A DNA stretch of 54,860 nucleotides, filler included, from Basidiobolus ranarum (GCA_040143965.1; 4 parts of 4 records of this genome joined end to end with filler, not necessarily neighbours in it), one strand, 5' to 3'. Shown: positions 34,933-50,977, counted from the first letter of the whole stretch. Notes: generated from the letters alone by a model not told the origin. A program made the numbers and translations.

Positions 34933-36605
34933 ATGTCGACCAATATACAGCCACCGGAAAAACACGGAATACCCTATGATTACATGATAGTCGTCGATTT
35001 GGAGGCTACTTGTGATGAAAATCCGGAAGATCCTTCAAAGATTCAATTTAGTAAGGTATTGTCAATTATCAACAACCTTGGAAGATGTGGGAAAACTAAC
35101 AGAGGTTTTTTAGGAGAAGTCGGAGATTATAGAGTTTTCTTGGGTTGCATATGATGCTAAAACCTTAAGTGTATTAAAAAAACAGCAGAGTTATTGCAAA
35201 CCTGAGAATACTCCGATTACTCCATATTGCATAAGCCTAACTAAAATCACGCCGGAAATGGTTGAGAATGCAGGAACACTTCAAGATGCTGTTGATACTT
35301 TGGATCGCTTTGTACAGAAAACTATATTAGATCGTAAAAAAACCTTTTGTTTTGTTACCCATGGGCCCTGGGATCTCAAGATTCAATTCCCCAGAGAGGC
35401 GAAAGACAAAGCACTTACAGTGCCTACCTATTTACAAGACTGCACTCTATTCGACCTCAAAGTGGAGTTTTTCACTTGGTTAGCACATCACCCCGAACAC
35501 AGACCACCTAACTCTATGCTTATCACCATGTGTAAAACCTTGAGGAGCCAGTTGGTAGAGCCCCAACATTCAGGAATCAACGACTGTTTGACAATTGGCA
35601 ATATTGTTCGATCAATGATGAATTATCGACACAAAGATGTTTTCAAAAGTGCCACAAACCTGGCTAAAATACGACAAGACTTTCTTGATACCCAGTCGAA
35701 CTTGGTATTCTTCGGCGGATTGCCGATGAAAATATCGCATCCAGAAATCGCTTTATGGCTGAAACAAAATAATATAGATTTTAGAGATCTTTGGATGTGT
35801 CGAAATCTTTATCGTAGACCTACAGGAACTGGGTTTGCCATTCTTGAAGACCACCAAAATGCATTAAAGTTCTTGGAACTCAACGGGAGCGGATTCCGCA
35901 ACCGAGCAATCGAAGTTATACCAAGTACCAATGAGATATTCAAGAATGTTGAATCCAAGCTATCCTCTTGGCCCGGCCCTTACGGTATCTTGATGAAGGA
36001 TTTTATTCAAGAGAATTCATGTATCATTCATTTGAGCGAGCTTCCATACAAAGCTACACAAAGTGAGCTGCAGATGTGGTTTTCTTCGAACAATCTCAGG
36101 CCAAAAGAGATATGGTCAGTAAGTGATGGGAATAATCGTTCGACTGGGTTCGGCTTTGTAGTGTTTAGTACACACCACGAGGCGATGAATTGTCTAGGGA
36201 TGTTAGGGAGATCTTTGAACGGCCGTATCGTGAAACTATACCCAAGTAGCCAAAAGATATTTGATGTAACAAAGCCTTTTAGAGAACCATTTCCAGTAAG
36301 TAACAATTATCCAATTCTTCAACCATGCTTGTTTGTTAAGATTCGATTTTCTATAGGCTATGCTGGGCATGCGTCGTCCACGACCTTCTACTTTTAAGCC
36401 TAGTATATCTTCCTCCACCAACCAAACTCGATTTATGCCGACTCCGCCCCGCCGTTTTCATACCTGCAGTCTTCCTATTATATCTAACCCTAATAGCTCG
36501 GTCGCCAGATTCGCACCATTTTTAATGAAATCAAAACCCATGCATACCACACTATTCAAGCCAAATTTCATAATGCATGCTTTACGTCAACTATGCAGAA
36601 AATAA
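34933..36605 (+). CDS. ERI1-like DEDDh 3'-5' exonuclease fused to two RRM domains (Nrp1/ESRP-like architecture)
   Basis: Exonuclease motifs VVDLEATCDE, EIIEF, THGPWDLK, HSGINDC. RRM1: LVFFGGLP..TGTGFAIL. RRM2: IIHLSELP..TGFGFVVF. Introns at ~35056-35113 and ~36296-36356. Confidence 0.88.
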
Positions 36606-38389
36606 AGCATCCCATTTCATAGATCTGATGGATAGCAGCCATATGTATCAGTGCAGATATTCAACTTCATTAATTGTAGTCTCTCAGGAAGGGAAGTGGG
36701 ATTCGGTGCATCCTAAGGATATAGCCGACTGACAATGGCAATCCTTGAACCTCAGAAGGTGTTTAGACAACAACCAACTACTTGTCTAAATGGCATTCTA
36801 GGAGATCAGAAAAAGCCTTTATATAGCTTAGTCAGACTGCTTACAAATGCTATCAGGCAGTTCAACCTAGGTAAAAAGAAACTAGCGAGCATAAAGTGCA
36901 TGTATATCCAAGCCCATTCTGCATAAAACTGGAGGATACATCAACTCTAATCAACTTGAGGATACCACTGGTGTTTAAGACAAAACTAGTTGTCCTACCA
37001 AAGGAATTTTCAGCATTTAAAGAATGGATTTTTGCAGTAGCTGTTACTCAGTAACATTTTCAGTCACTTGTGTGCATCTATGATGAATTGGTGTTCTGAA
37101 GAAATCTATTCCAATGCTTGTGATACTCTACCGATTCGGCTAATTCTACAGCTGATAAGGAATTCTATGTGTGGGGATTGGGTATTGATCACCACAGCCA
37201 TATCAAAACATACCCTATTCATGATATATCAGCAAGACACTTGCCGCAAATTTCTAAATAGAGTTATTTGCAGTTACTCTTGTAGTCCGGATATTCCAGA
37301 GCCTCTTTTCAACAGATCTGTACGTACAAATCCATCATATTCCAAATAGTCCATTTGATGTGGGCTGTTAAACAATGCCATATTGTGGTGATATGGTCAG
37401 ATTTCCTTGGATGTACAAACTCATTTCGAGGTAACATTGTAGTAACCTTTTGGCTGCACAAATTATATGTAATCACCGTAGAAAATGCAATGTCCTGAGG
37501 ATACGCCTCGTATTGGTGTTTAAATATATCTATGTAGTGTTCGATCCTGTACACGGATATGATAATCGCGGAGGATTCAGTCACCCCCGAGCTTTGCATG
37601 GGCTAATATTAACGCAAGCATCGAGTCGTGATTCTTAGGTAAATGCTGTACTTCCTGGGGTGCTGGGCGATGGTTTTGCCAAGAACCATTGTTACTCGAC
37701 ACCTGAACATCGATCAGCTCAAGTAAAAATACCTTCGGAGTGGAGCAAAAGCAGCAGAGCTGTAAATAGTATTTTGGGGTGGACCTGCGTCATAGGCATC
37801 CAAGTAGTTGCAACCAACCTTTGTGAACAATCGCCAACAATCAGCAATTTGCAGGGCATAAGGAAGTACAGCTCTGATCTTCAAAGACGCTTCGGAGGGT
37901 TATGTCAAATCCTGCTCATGAGTACAGTTGTGAGATATTCTCTTGGCTCAGGTTTATTCCCGATTGTAGTGCAATTCATGTATACAATGGCCACTTTCTT
38001 ATTCATAGCGCTATGCATACAACTCTCAATGCTGTTGCCCAATCATCTGGGTCAGGCATTCACTCAGCCACATACTCAATTTCAGAAAATCAGAAAGTAA
38101 TTTGGTGATATTCCTGTATTACATCAGGTACTGTTGATGTTACACTCTGGTTTCCTCACATGAGAGCGAGGAAATGAGTCCAAGTATATTAACCACTCTA
38201 CTGTCTTCTTTTTTAACTAAATTCCCTCTCTCTTAAAATCTAGCCATAGTTACATGTGGACGCAAATTCTAGATTGAATACCTGCTTCCATATACCTCTA
38301 CCTCCGACTTAGTTTGTAGTTTCTTCTTGTTAGACCCTTGGTCTCACCTGAACCCTCAAAACTAGATCTCTCTCCTAATTTCTAATCAA

Positions 38390-40082
<1,693 letters not shown>

Positions 40083-41139
40083 TTTAGACATCAACACCCT
40101 ACCTATACCATTTTTTCACAAGAGGCGATCTAATTTATACGCTCAGACACGATTCGTAAAGCAACCAGAAGATACCCCACCGACAACCACTCCTTATTCT
40201 TTCACCTTTTTTATATTAACCAATAATTTACGTATGCATTCCCAAGTTCCTTTTCTCATCAGTGCCCACACAAGTTTTACTGCAATCCAGATATACCGTT
40301 CCACTGGTCGAAATCAACTCTCCCCATCTGTTACATTGGAGAGAACGAGTTAATAAAGCTCGTCATTAACTATAAGGAGTTGAATGTATGCCAATTACAA
40401 ATTATTTCCGCTATCAACAGCATATCAGTGACCTTAAAGAATTAATGATTCTTTGTGTCCACACAATTCAAATTGTATTAGAACTTGACCTATAGCAATG
40501 GTTGTACCTCGGCTGTGTTTACAAAATGCATCTTTTATTAATAACCTACGGAGAACTTGGAAAATATTTCCAGATTGATTTCACATAAAAACAATGCGAA
40601 TTCTCCGAACATTGTTTAGTAGGAACAGTCTATATTATTTGTACCCTTGAAGAGTGATCCAGATACCTGAGAAACTCGATCTGTTACAAGTACTCAGTCC
40701 AAAGCAGAAAAGTATATATCCCAGTGGAGAATATGGCCTATTGGAATGGCGCTTCTATTGGTCATATTGAAAGCTCGATGGGCTTGGGTTTAGCATCTTC
40801 AGCCCTGTGGCAAAGAACTTACTTATTATAGCTCAATATTATATGTATGTTTTGAACAAAGAAGCTCATTTAGTAATTATTATTATCGTACTTGCACATA
40901 TTGATTAACCTATCATCATGCGGTTACTAACCAATACTCACATTTGCTCCCTAGCCTTATTTTAATTATACTATGGCAAATCCAGATCCAATTAGCCCAT
41001 TTGTACTTGAATCCTTCTACTTTATCCTGTATAGATTCCATGGTTCCACCCCCCCCCCGGGAAAAGGGGAAGTGTGGGTTTTTTTGAAGGGCGAGGTTTT
41101 TTTTTATTTTAACGGTAAGAACAAGGGGACGGGTGGAGG

Positions 41140-41239
41140 NNNNNNNNNNNNNNNNNNNNNNNNNNNNNNNNNNNNNNNNNNNNTTAATTAATTAANNNNN
41201 NNNNNNNNNNNNNNNNNNNNNNNNNNNNNNNNNNNNNNN
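41140..41239. other. Assembly gap with TTAATTAATTAA spacer
   Basis: N-run, preceded by homopolymer-rich, probably low-quality sequence. Confidence 0.97.
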
Positions 41240-42814
41240 GATATCTAATATTCTCGTAGGCATTGAGATGGCAAGCGATTGCAGTTCGTCACAAGGAGTT
41301 TGAATATATAGACGATTCGAATAAGCTGAATTGCCATCGCAAGATACGTAAAACGGAAGGAAAGCCTGGGGTCCTAGAAGTACAAACCATGAGCGAAATT
41401 TCTGCTGGGTAAGTAACGTCGCAAGAACAAACATTCACATTGTAAGGATGAACATATCTCAATTAACCTCTATATATTATCTCAGAATGCGTGAAGCTGG
41501 TTTGGAAGAGATGTTTCTATCTGCATTGAAATTGCAGAAATGAATTCATAATATTGAGGTATTTTGGTTGGTTATGTGATTGACAGATCGAATAAATTCA
41601 AAATCATATACTTTATCTGCCATATGTATAGTACCTAATGTAGCTGAAGAAAATAGAGCGGAGGAATATCGATTCGACAATAAGCTATATATGTACTGTA
41701 AATACCGTATAGATTAAGTACAATATGTAGCCTTTGAATCGACAACAGCTAGCTCTGCTCTAAATTGTTAAATTTTTAGTTAAAGTTACCACTAAAATAT
41801 CTCAAGAATAATGAGTATCGAAGCTCAGTAAGGTGGAAGTAACTTTGGTTCCAGTGCGATATGTCCCATGGATATGTAAAATAGTACTTGATATTAGAGA
41901 TTTTTTAATAACAAATATATGATACATCCGAAGCCTTGAACTATTAGCCTGTAGAAATGGAGGTTTTAGGTCTCCTACAGTACTGGGAAACTGTCTTTAT
42001 GGTAACTTGGTGAAAAGACGTAGCAGGTGATTTTTTAGTTCAGAACATAGTCGTCAAGTGAAATGGAAGAGTCGATACCAACAAGACAACAAATACTTTT
42101 ACTATATATTTAGCTGATCTTCGCATGAAAACTATTTCCCAGAATGAGCAGTTTATTATCTACTGTTAATATGAACTTCATTTCTTAGATCTAAAATAAC
42201 TAAGATACTAGAGTAATTCATTGAGAAGAATAACAGCTGAGGTTTCTGGTGCACTACACAGTCTAGATTAGTTTACTAGTCTAAGGAACATCATTTCTGT
42301 TACTCGTTTATACTTACCGTTATTGAATAGAGATTTAAAAGTAGAAACTTCAACTTGCGCAATCCAAAGTTCATGTTAGCAAGAGAGTAAGTTAATAAAT
42401 AAAACCTAGAATTCAGATGAATTAATGGTCAAAAATAGAGAATCTAGAGCCACCGGTGTCCAGAAAACATACCCGACGTTTAGAAAAAGGTGAGATGCTA
42501 GAAGTCAAAAGGATTTACATGCTGGTAATGTTGAAAAAAATGAGATTTGGTCTGATGGAATATTTATGGCGAAACAATGTGATGCCGTAATAAAACGACC
42601 AACTGATGTGTATATATACATTTTTGATATGCATAATCTTTTCAACTAAGACTTCATATGGGTAGAGCTGCTCAAGATTGACACGGATATACTTGTTCGC
42701 TATTGGCTTCTATGTCTCTTGTTTCCATTCTAAGCCATACGAAAAAACTCGTATTAAAACATCGATAGCCAAAGCAATAAAAGAATGTGAAAAATCAAAA
42801 GTATGAGGGGAGCA

Positions 42815-43974
42815 TCATATAATTCTCACCAGTTCGGTATGTTGAGGCGACACACTCGCAGCGTTCTCCTGAGTTGGCGAGTTCATGGCAAGTAGTGAGT
42901 ACAAATTATCCATTACTCGGTCATTGAAAGAGAGCTCCTCAGGTGAAATACCCGTCATCTCACAATATGAGTTGTTGTAATCTGTTTGTACTATAGCTGG
43001 GTCATATATCCAGCCATATTGTAAAAATGCAAGCTTTGGCTCATCTAGATTGGTATACTCCGGTGATTCTGCAGTGGATGTTGATGAAATGTACGGAGTA
43101 GGAGAGTATTCGCTGGTATTTGGAGACATGATTTGCGATGGCTCACTTGCTTTTGTGTCAGCTTGTGAAGGACCATTTTTCAATTCTACATCGGTGGGTG
43201 TATAACAAGTGAAGGTATTGTCAGGTCTTAAGCTGGCGCATTGTGCGCTTACATGTTTCGTATGAGCCTTATCAGACACTGGTATATGATGATTTGATCC
43301 ATACGGAAAGGTACTGGGGTTTGAACTGGGAGATGAAGGATTACCGCTGGTAACGAAATTCAGGTCAGAACCTTGACGACGACTATTGACGTCAAAAAAG
43401 GGCAAATGCCGAGGATTGTTTACTGATTGAACATTCTCATTATTTGTAGAGCTTGATGGTAAACCAAAAGGATCTCTAAAAGACCTAGTCTCAATCGAAG
43501 AGTTATCCATGTTTTGGTTATGTAGCTTCTCATCTTCCATATAGAAAGAATCCTCCATTTCTTTGTGACTAACGGTTTCATGCATGACTGATTTTTCAGG
43601 TACTCTGAGATGATAAATATCTCTGCCTGCTTGAACTTGGTTAATTAAATCCCATAAATGTTTGTTCTCTGCCCTGAGTTTTTCATTGTTTGCTACAAGC
43701 AACTCATATTGCTTAGCTCTAGTTTCCAAATATCGTACATGCTGCTCCTTTCTCTGACGAAATGCACGCTGTGCCGTTCTGTTCTGAGCAGCGCGCTTGG
43801 AGCTTATAGAGCATTTGGATCCTTGCGAGAACTCTCCTTCCTGAATTGCGTCCAAGGAGCTTGGTGAGGCTTCGAGTCGAAAGCGGGAATCACCTATACA
43901 AAATTTAGAGTAAAAAGGCTTATTCAAACGTCTGATAAATGCCAAGGAAAATAGATACCTGCTTTTTTGTCCAT
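42815..43974 (-). CDS. bZIP transcription factor, Yap/AP-1-type basic region
   Basis: KRAAQNRTAQRAFRQRKEQHVRYLE plus a leucine zipper. Short first exon MDKKA(G) from ATG 43974, with a GTATCT..TAG intron. Confidence 0.9.
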
Positions 43975-44729
43975 AATGTTGTCAATCACAAAGTATGAAT
44001 GTTTATAATTGATAATTGGCCAAGCCGTCAAGTATTTGACTTTGTTTCCAAGTAAATGAGGGAATAGTTGCAATCGCAGAAAATAAGCTGTCTAGCGAGG
44101 TTATTTGAATATTAGTAGAAATCAGCACTATTCTATGCTCCGTTATATAAGTGAGCTCCAAATAAATTTCACAAGGGACTAACGACTGACGGATTTTGGG
44201 TTCTTAAATCATTACATATACTTTCGATCGGTTCATCTTCATAATTATATGAACACTGCCTTTACATAGCCGTGATTTTCTGCGATCTCATGATCACGAT
44301 TTCTGGATTCCTCCTTAGCTGCAAACTGTATTGCAGCTATATGTATTGGTCACATATGTCTGATCGATCACTTTTAATAGAGCATCGCTTTCTGTAGCCA
44401 TTTTAGCATTGATCAAGCACCGAAGTCGTATGAATACATTTTGCCGCGGACCTTGCACGTATCTATGTCCAGCAACAAAACGCATCTGTTCACAGCAGCC
44501 TTCTCTCTCGCAACCCTGAGTCTAGAGACTGGCATATGATCAGCTGGATTAGTAGATTTAGACATGCTCTGAGTACTAGAGTGATGGCAAAATACGATAT
44601 TCAAAATCTTGGGCAATTCAAGCAATTGATTGATTTGATCAGTCTGGATGCTAGGTAGCTTATAAATAAAAAATTTGTAAAACTATTCAAGTTTTCCCCA
44701 TTGAACCTAGCTTTGTTGGCAAGATAAAT

Positions 44730-45107
44730 ATGCATACTTTAAGCAGACACGAAGAAGAAGCAGCTTTGACCGAGCTCAAAAAGAGTGCTCGTTTACAATG
44801 CGATAGCTCCATCAAAGGTAACTGACCCACTTTTCTCTATGCCACTTCGACAGTTATAAACATTCTTGCATTGACCAGAATTCGCTGAATGCTCTGCGGC
44901 CAAAGGGCTCACTGTAGTATTTTCTTGTCGTGGGAAGCTTCGCGAAATGAATGACTGCCTCGGCAAACAGTAAATATTAATCTGTTTATTTTCAACTGAA
45001 ACTTGGACTTATTTTCTTTCAGGACTACCACAGAAAAATTGGACCAAATCCGGCTACGTAAATTAAAGAAGAAAGTTGAAAGAGAGGCGAGTAAAACCTC
45101 TGTCTAG
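44730..45107 (+). CDS. CMC1: Twin CX9C mitochondrial COX assembly protein, Cmc1-like
   Basis: Not in the ORF track. Three exons read MHTLSRHEEEAALTELKKSARLQCDSSIK|EFAECSAAKGLTVVFSCRGKLREMNDCLGKQ|TTTEKLDQIR..., containing two CX9C motifs. Confidence 0.82.
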
Positions 45108-46356
45108 CTCTTCAAATCTCACTGCAAAAATCACTCGTCATCTGTAATCAAGATGACACTAGCACTTAGAAATTTATCCAAACTTCTCACCCTTTCAACT
45201 ATACGTTTTTCCACTGATATTAATGTATGTAGCTTCGGACGCTAGAGTGCATTTTACAGTCATAAAATTCATTATATACCCTAACCAAGTGACCCTTGCT
45301 GTACATAACTTTACCGTAAATTGCATGCTCAACCTTATTCTATGGGGCTAAACTGACAAAACTAATCTACGTCCTAAAAAATGTATAATATAACCAGATT
45401 GAAGACTGGAGGTTGCAAATAGTCATAGGATACAAGATGAAATGTTTTGGCTCCAGCACCCTCTGCAAATCCCATAATATTGAAGTCCAATACTTTGTAG
45501 CTACAGCAATAAATAGGACCATGTGATGAAACTCCACGGGTGATAAATAGTAAATCAATCAGCACGGTGTGTATCGAGACAAGTTCATTTCGACTGTAAC
45601 TAGGCCAGTCTATATATATACACCTATCCTGCACCATGGATCTAGCTTGGATTGCACTGGACAGATCGAGCTCCACCCAAGAACATATGATGCACATCTC
45701 GAATGACTTGGTGCTTTGTTGCTGGCTGCATACTCATGTATCATGAAAGCGACTGGGAGCTCTCTTGAATATCCAAGCACACGCAACTTCATCACCGAAT
45801 ACGCATTGGTTCCTGAATTATCTGACTCGGAGAATTTGCCAAGCGTATTCAGCTACACTGGTACTAGTTCCGTGCCTGTGAGTGGTTGGTTTTGTGACGT
45901 GGAGAGCGTGGAACACCAATGAGTGCTGGTCAATCTCCAGATCGTATCAAATGTATCTTTATTCCCGTTGATGAGGATGTTGATAAACACCGTCGAACTA
46001 CTCACCACACAGTTGTTGCTCACAATTACCTCATGGGTGACTGCATAGGAGATATAATTAATATGTATCTCCTTTTGTTACTTGATAGGGCAAGCACCAA
46101 GTCAAACCAGCTTACCGTAAGCCAATATGGTTCCTTCGTATCAATAATTTCCTATTTGCATTTCATACTGATAGATGTGTGATCTACTATTGGTATTAGA
46201 TGGATTTTCATATATAGCTATGGGTATTGGTACTCAGACAAAGTCTGATTAATTGCTAATTCTTCTCGCCCAGTGGTTGACGAAAGCCTTCGCTCTTTTG
46301 GCTTATACCCAACTTGTGTGCCCTCATCTAACCTAGTCTTTACCTACACACTAGTC

Positions 46357-47529
46357 ATGTTCACCAACCTCAGTCTTAGCGAAGATAAAAATCTTCATGT
46401 TAGAGTAATAATCGGCCTTGTTGTGACTGTCGTTACTTGCTTTACCCAATCTATTGGGTTGAATCTACAACGAAAAAGTCACTTAATAAACGAGAGCCAT
46501 CCGAAAGAAAACAGACTAACTGAGTGGCGTCGTCCCATGTGGTTAACCGGGTTCATAATTTTCCTGGCAAGTAACGTTTTTGGCTCGTTATTTTCCATTG
46601 GTTTTCTTCCAATCATCATTTTGGCCCCGCTCGGAGCCATTACTTTAATCACCAACGCTATCTGCGCCAAAATAATATTGGGAGATTCGTTTCCTATGCA
46701 AAGCATATTAGCAACTGGTATGATTGTTGTTGGTGCTGTCGCTATTGCGCTATTTGGGACCGTACTAGAGCCAAGTCATTCTCTCGATGACCTGATCCTT
46801 CTGTATCAACGTAAACCATTTATTATATATATTACATTAGTGATTATCCTTCTTGGTATGGTCATTGCAGCCACTAGATATTTAGAAAAAGTACTTGCTC
46901 GAATCCAAATTGATCATGAAGCTACCTACTCTGCTGTATCTGCAATTGCTCTAGTCAAAATGAAAATGCTTCTCGGATCTCTGTACGCCTTTATTTCAGG
47001 AACCCTCTCCAGCCATACTCTACTGTTTGCTAAAAGTGGCGTTGAACTCCTCCTTATCACCATTCTGGATGGGAAGAATCAATTTGATAGAATTTTGTCG
47101 TGGGCCATCACCTTGGCCATTCTTTGCAGTGCTCTACTTCAGGTATGTGTAGTTGATGATTTTTGCGAAACAGAGTTTTTTAAACTAATATCGGATGTCC
47201 AACTTTAGCTTTACTATTTGAATAAGAGCCTTCAGCTTTGCGATACGCTCCTTCTTGTCCCTATTTCTTTTTGCGCCTACAATGTCTCGTCCTTGTGTAA
47301 CGGGCTTGTCTACTACAACCAGTGGAATCGCCTTGAATGGTGGCAACTCATTCTGGTAATTGCTGGTGTAATAATACTTTCTTTTGGAGTATTTGCTCTT
47401 TCTCAGACGAACGACCCGACATCATCGCCTCAGCGTCTGCGCCAAGGAGCCAACTTCAACAAAGGGAAGAACAAGTCCCCAATGCCTCGACAGACCGAAA
47501 GGACACCACTAATACATTCGGAAATATAG
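46357..47529 (+). CDS. NIPA-family (DMT superfamily) Mg2+-transporter-like membrane protein
   Basis: Motifs GLNLQRKSH, WRRPMWLTGF, ILAPLGAITLITNAICAKIILG, LQ|LYYLNKSL, GLVYY. About 9 hydrophobic segments; intron 47143-47208. Confidence 0.88.
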
Positions 47530-48407
47530 GCCTACTGTCCACCGTTTACTTTTGTATTATTCTTACACCAAATATCGCTCACTTTGCTAGTTCCGTAAAT
47601 TTTTCTACTTTGATTTACCCACTCCTGCTCTTTGTTTAGTTTTCAATTGTCTTTACCATCTCGAATTGGTGCGTGTAATATATGCCTACAGTGTGTTTGT
47701 CAGTACTAAATTAGATACATTAAAATGCGATAATAATTTTCGACATCTCGAAATCTATGGATTTTTCTTATTTATTTCTACTAAGGTGTAGTTCTGGCTA
47801 AGATTTCATTTCTACTCCTCATCTTGATGGTGCGTGTCGAAGAGCCCTTCACCCAATAATGAAGTACTGCCCTGATCGGGTTTATGGATTTTGAATGAAT
47901 GTCTGTTATAAATCATTCGATTAGGAGTTGGATAAAATCGTTTACACCGCCACTGTTGTTATTTGGAAGAATAAAGCGTCAACACTTTGGAAGCATAACC
48001 ACCTTTGCTAAAGAAACTGCCTGTTCGTTTATTGGTCTTGCTCAGACGCTCACGGCTGTCGGATCATAGTAGTCACCTCGGGCGGCGGTAGATTCGTGAT
48101 ACATTTCGTCACAACGATACCTGTATTAGTTACGATAGAATTCATCGAAGGTTATTATTGCTTGGCATTAAAATCTATGGTTTAGTTTCATTGCAGCCAT
48201 CAATAGGCTGTTGGACATCGGTCAAGTAAAAGATGTTTTTATTAAAGCTTGCTGATAAGATGTGCCACAAAAGTAGACTTCAATTTCCATATTGTATATC
48301 TAATTGTGTTTTGTAGACGCGATATTAAAGACATGTATGAGTGTTCGAACAAATTTTGTTCTGCGAATGTCTATACAAACATTACGACTGGGTGGATACA
48401 CTTGCAA

Positions 48408-48942
48408 CTAATTGCTAGCGGCTTGAATTAAAGTGATATTGTCACCCTTGAGTAGAATACGACCTTGAAAAAACCAAAGTTAATATCCAAAACAAACCAT
48501 CCAAAGTAAATCTACTACATACCTAAAGATCTACGAGTTTGCTTCTTACTATTTACTTCCTCTGCTTCATCTAACACCAGGTTCATGAATTCGTCGAATC
48601 CCTTTGAATATCCAATCGTCAGCCCACAATTATTGTACTTTAAGATAATTACACGAAAATACCTACAACAATTCGTCCTTCTATACGCATATCTAATTGC
48701 TCATATAGCCAGATTTGGACTTTGGATCTCTATCACGTTAAAGGGGACATTAGTAAAATAAGAGATTATTTAGGCACAAGATCGAATGGCCTAGTTTCGA
48801 GAAGGGATGCTTACATTCTGGAGGTATCGAAAGATCAAATTCTTGAAGAAAGGCGAAATATTAGCATGCAGATAAAATAATGGTTGAGCATAAGACAACA
48901 TACGATCGGTTGGACCATAATCTTCTGGACTTTGTTGTACAT
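48408..48942 (-). CDS. SME1: Small nuclear ribonucleoprotein E (SmE)
   Basis: Not in the ORF track. Five exons: KVQKIMVQPI|NLIFRYLQN|RSKVQIWLYEQLDMRIEGRIV|GFDEFMNLVLDEAEEV..|GRILLKGDNITLIQ. Confidence 0.95.
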
Positions 48943-49507
48943 GTTGTATGGATTTGCTGATTCAAAACTTGGGATGTTTGATGGGGTCTGGATAGGTTAT
49001 TTAAGTTGTAAAACTAAAACAGGCAATGAAGTATACCAAAGAAATACGCGAATAGAAGAATCTGTTGGATAATTCACACGAAAAATGTCAATGACATACA
49101 TGGTTCTTTTTTTTAGGGATTGGGATTTTTTTCTAACACCAGAATCTGATCAAGTTGAAATGAAATCAAGATGCTAACCAATTTGCTTAACATTGTGAGT
49201 GCTGAGTGATACTTCTGCTTATTGAAACATCGGTTGTTTTGGTCATTCTAACAAAGAGATGGAAATGGTCAATTGATCAGATCAGCTGACTTACAGATGG
49301 TCAGATATCGCACCAAGATAATGAGCCAGGCCCGTTCTAGTAATTGAGCGAATTGTTTGTAGATACCTTTCATACATTGCAGATACTCCTACTACTGTTC
49401 CTCTCAGCTCAGGGTTACCACACGGCCGTTATAAACTTCACTTACTGTAAATCACACCGAGTGCAATACATTTATACTAAATATAATTCTCCAATATACA
49501 ATATATC

Positions 49508-50337
49508 ATGTCTGGAATCTGTAGAGCTCGTTTGGCTGAAGAACGTAAACAATGGCGTAAAGATCATCCTTACGTAGGTCATTTTGTTTTATGCTTGCCA
49601 ATGAGATTATAGTATTCTTATTTTTGTAAATATTTGTAACTCAGGGATTTTACGCCCGCCCAGCTCGCAACCCCGATAACAGTTTAGATCTAATGACTTG
49701 GCACGTCGGTATTCCTGGGAAAGCGAGTGTAAGTCGCGTTCTTCGTTCTTCGCTGGATTCTTCGGTACACCTGGGAAATTCCAATTAAACTGCTCCATAT
49801 TTATTAGACTCCTTGGGAGAATGGTGTTTACAAGCTTGTCATGGCTTTCACTGAAGGTGAGTGCTATCGAGTTCTCGTATAATCATTACCTACCTTCTAA
49901 CCATATTTCATCAATTCAATTAGATTATCCTAGCAAACCTCCCAAATGTATTATTTCATTCCATTGCTTACTCCAGACGGTTGATATTAACCCTCGCATA
50001 TAATAGGCAAATTCGCTCCTCCTCTCTTTCATCCCAACGTATATCCGTCAGGGACGGTGTGTCTTTCTATTTTAAACGAGGATGAAGGCTGGAAGCCAGC
50101 CATTACCATTAAGCAGGTATTGTTGCACACCCTCAATAAGATGGGAATATTCATTCATCGATTCTGCTGACAAAATACTCAAATATATGATAGATTTTGC
50201 TTGGAATTCAAGATCTTTTGAATGATCCCAACCCTAATAGTCCAGCGCAGTCTGAGGCTTATATGCTGTTTAAGAAAGACCGCATAACTTATGAGAAACG
50301 AGTACGCCAGCAGGCGAAAGAGAACGTACCTCAATAG
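49508..50337 (+). CDS. UBC9: SUMO-conjugating E2 enzyme Ubc9
   Basis: [26 protein letters not shown]..., [43 protein letters not shown]. Six exons. Confidence 0.97.
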
Positions 50338-50695
50338 CGGTATATCCTCATATATATCCCATCGCTGTATAGTAACGCTCGATGGTCGTCTTTTCCTGAC
50401 CAACTATTCCCTTTCGTTAGTGCTTCTAAGTAGAAAAGTTTGTTCTTTAATGTTGACAGTTTCAATTCATTAATCTCGTCAACCCTGTTTATTAGCCCGC
50501 AAATGCTTTCTTCGTTGAATTTTAAGATGTGGTCACATTGAAAATATAATAAATCGATTTGCGAACACTAATCACGTTTCTCTTTAAGCATCATTTGCTC
50601 GCAGGTGGTAAGTACAGATGATGATAGGGTTCAAAACTACGCAGCTATTAGATGGTACTTTCAGCTTAGAATGAGTTGCATAAAGGATCCATATT

Positions 50696-50977
50696 TTAGC
50701 GCTTAATGTAAATGCCATCTGCAGCGGGGTGGCGGTCGTATTCTTGAGGATCATCTGCAGTCTCAGCTGTTTCGGGGCTGTGAGCGTCACTGTCGCTGGT
50801 ATTGTATACATTGGGAGCGAGATACACAGATTGGGCAGCAGCACTCTCCACAGGATGTTGTTGATATCCGTAACGGTCAGCACTCAATTTTTCGGAAACT
50901 GAGCGATCTTCAAGACGCTTCTCGTTCTCTTGTGCATCGAGAGACTGATGTATGTGGTGGGTTTGATTGTCAGACAT
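50696..50977 (-). CDS. Small hydrophilic hypothetical protein (93 aa)
   Basis: ATG-initiated, with higher GC than its flanks and an acidic, disorder-like composition. TATA-like sequence upstream at ~51025. No recognised motif. Confidence 0.5.
   Translation of the reverse strand: MSDNQTHHIHQSLDAQENEKRLEDRSVSEKLSADRYGYQQHPVESAAAQSVYLAPNVYNTSDSDAHSPETAETADDPQEYDRHPAADGIYIKR

Noticed and set aside
37068-38108. Several 60-146 aa ORFs
   Set aside because: Mostly non-ATG starts, with no family motif and no coherent splicing.
40973-41434. ORFs flanking the third gap
   Set aside because: They run into Ns and homopolymer-rich, low-quality sequence.
45367-46182. Possible retroelement RT remnant (LDLSSA) or other pseudogene
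   Set aside because: One weak motif only, with no YxDD or other ordered motifs.
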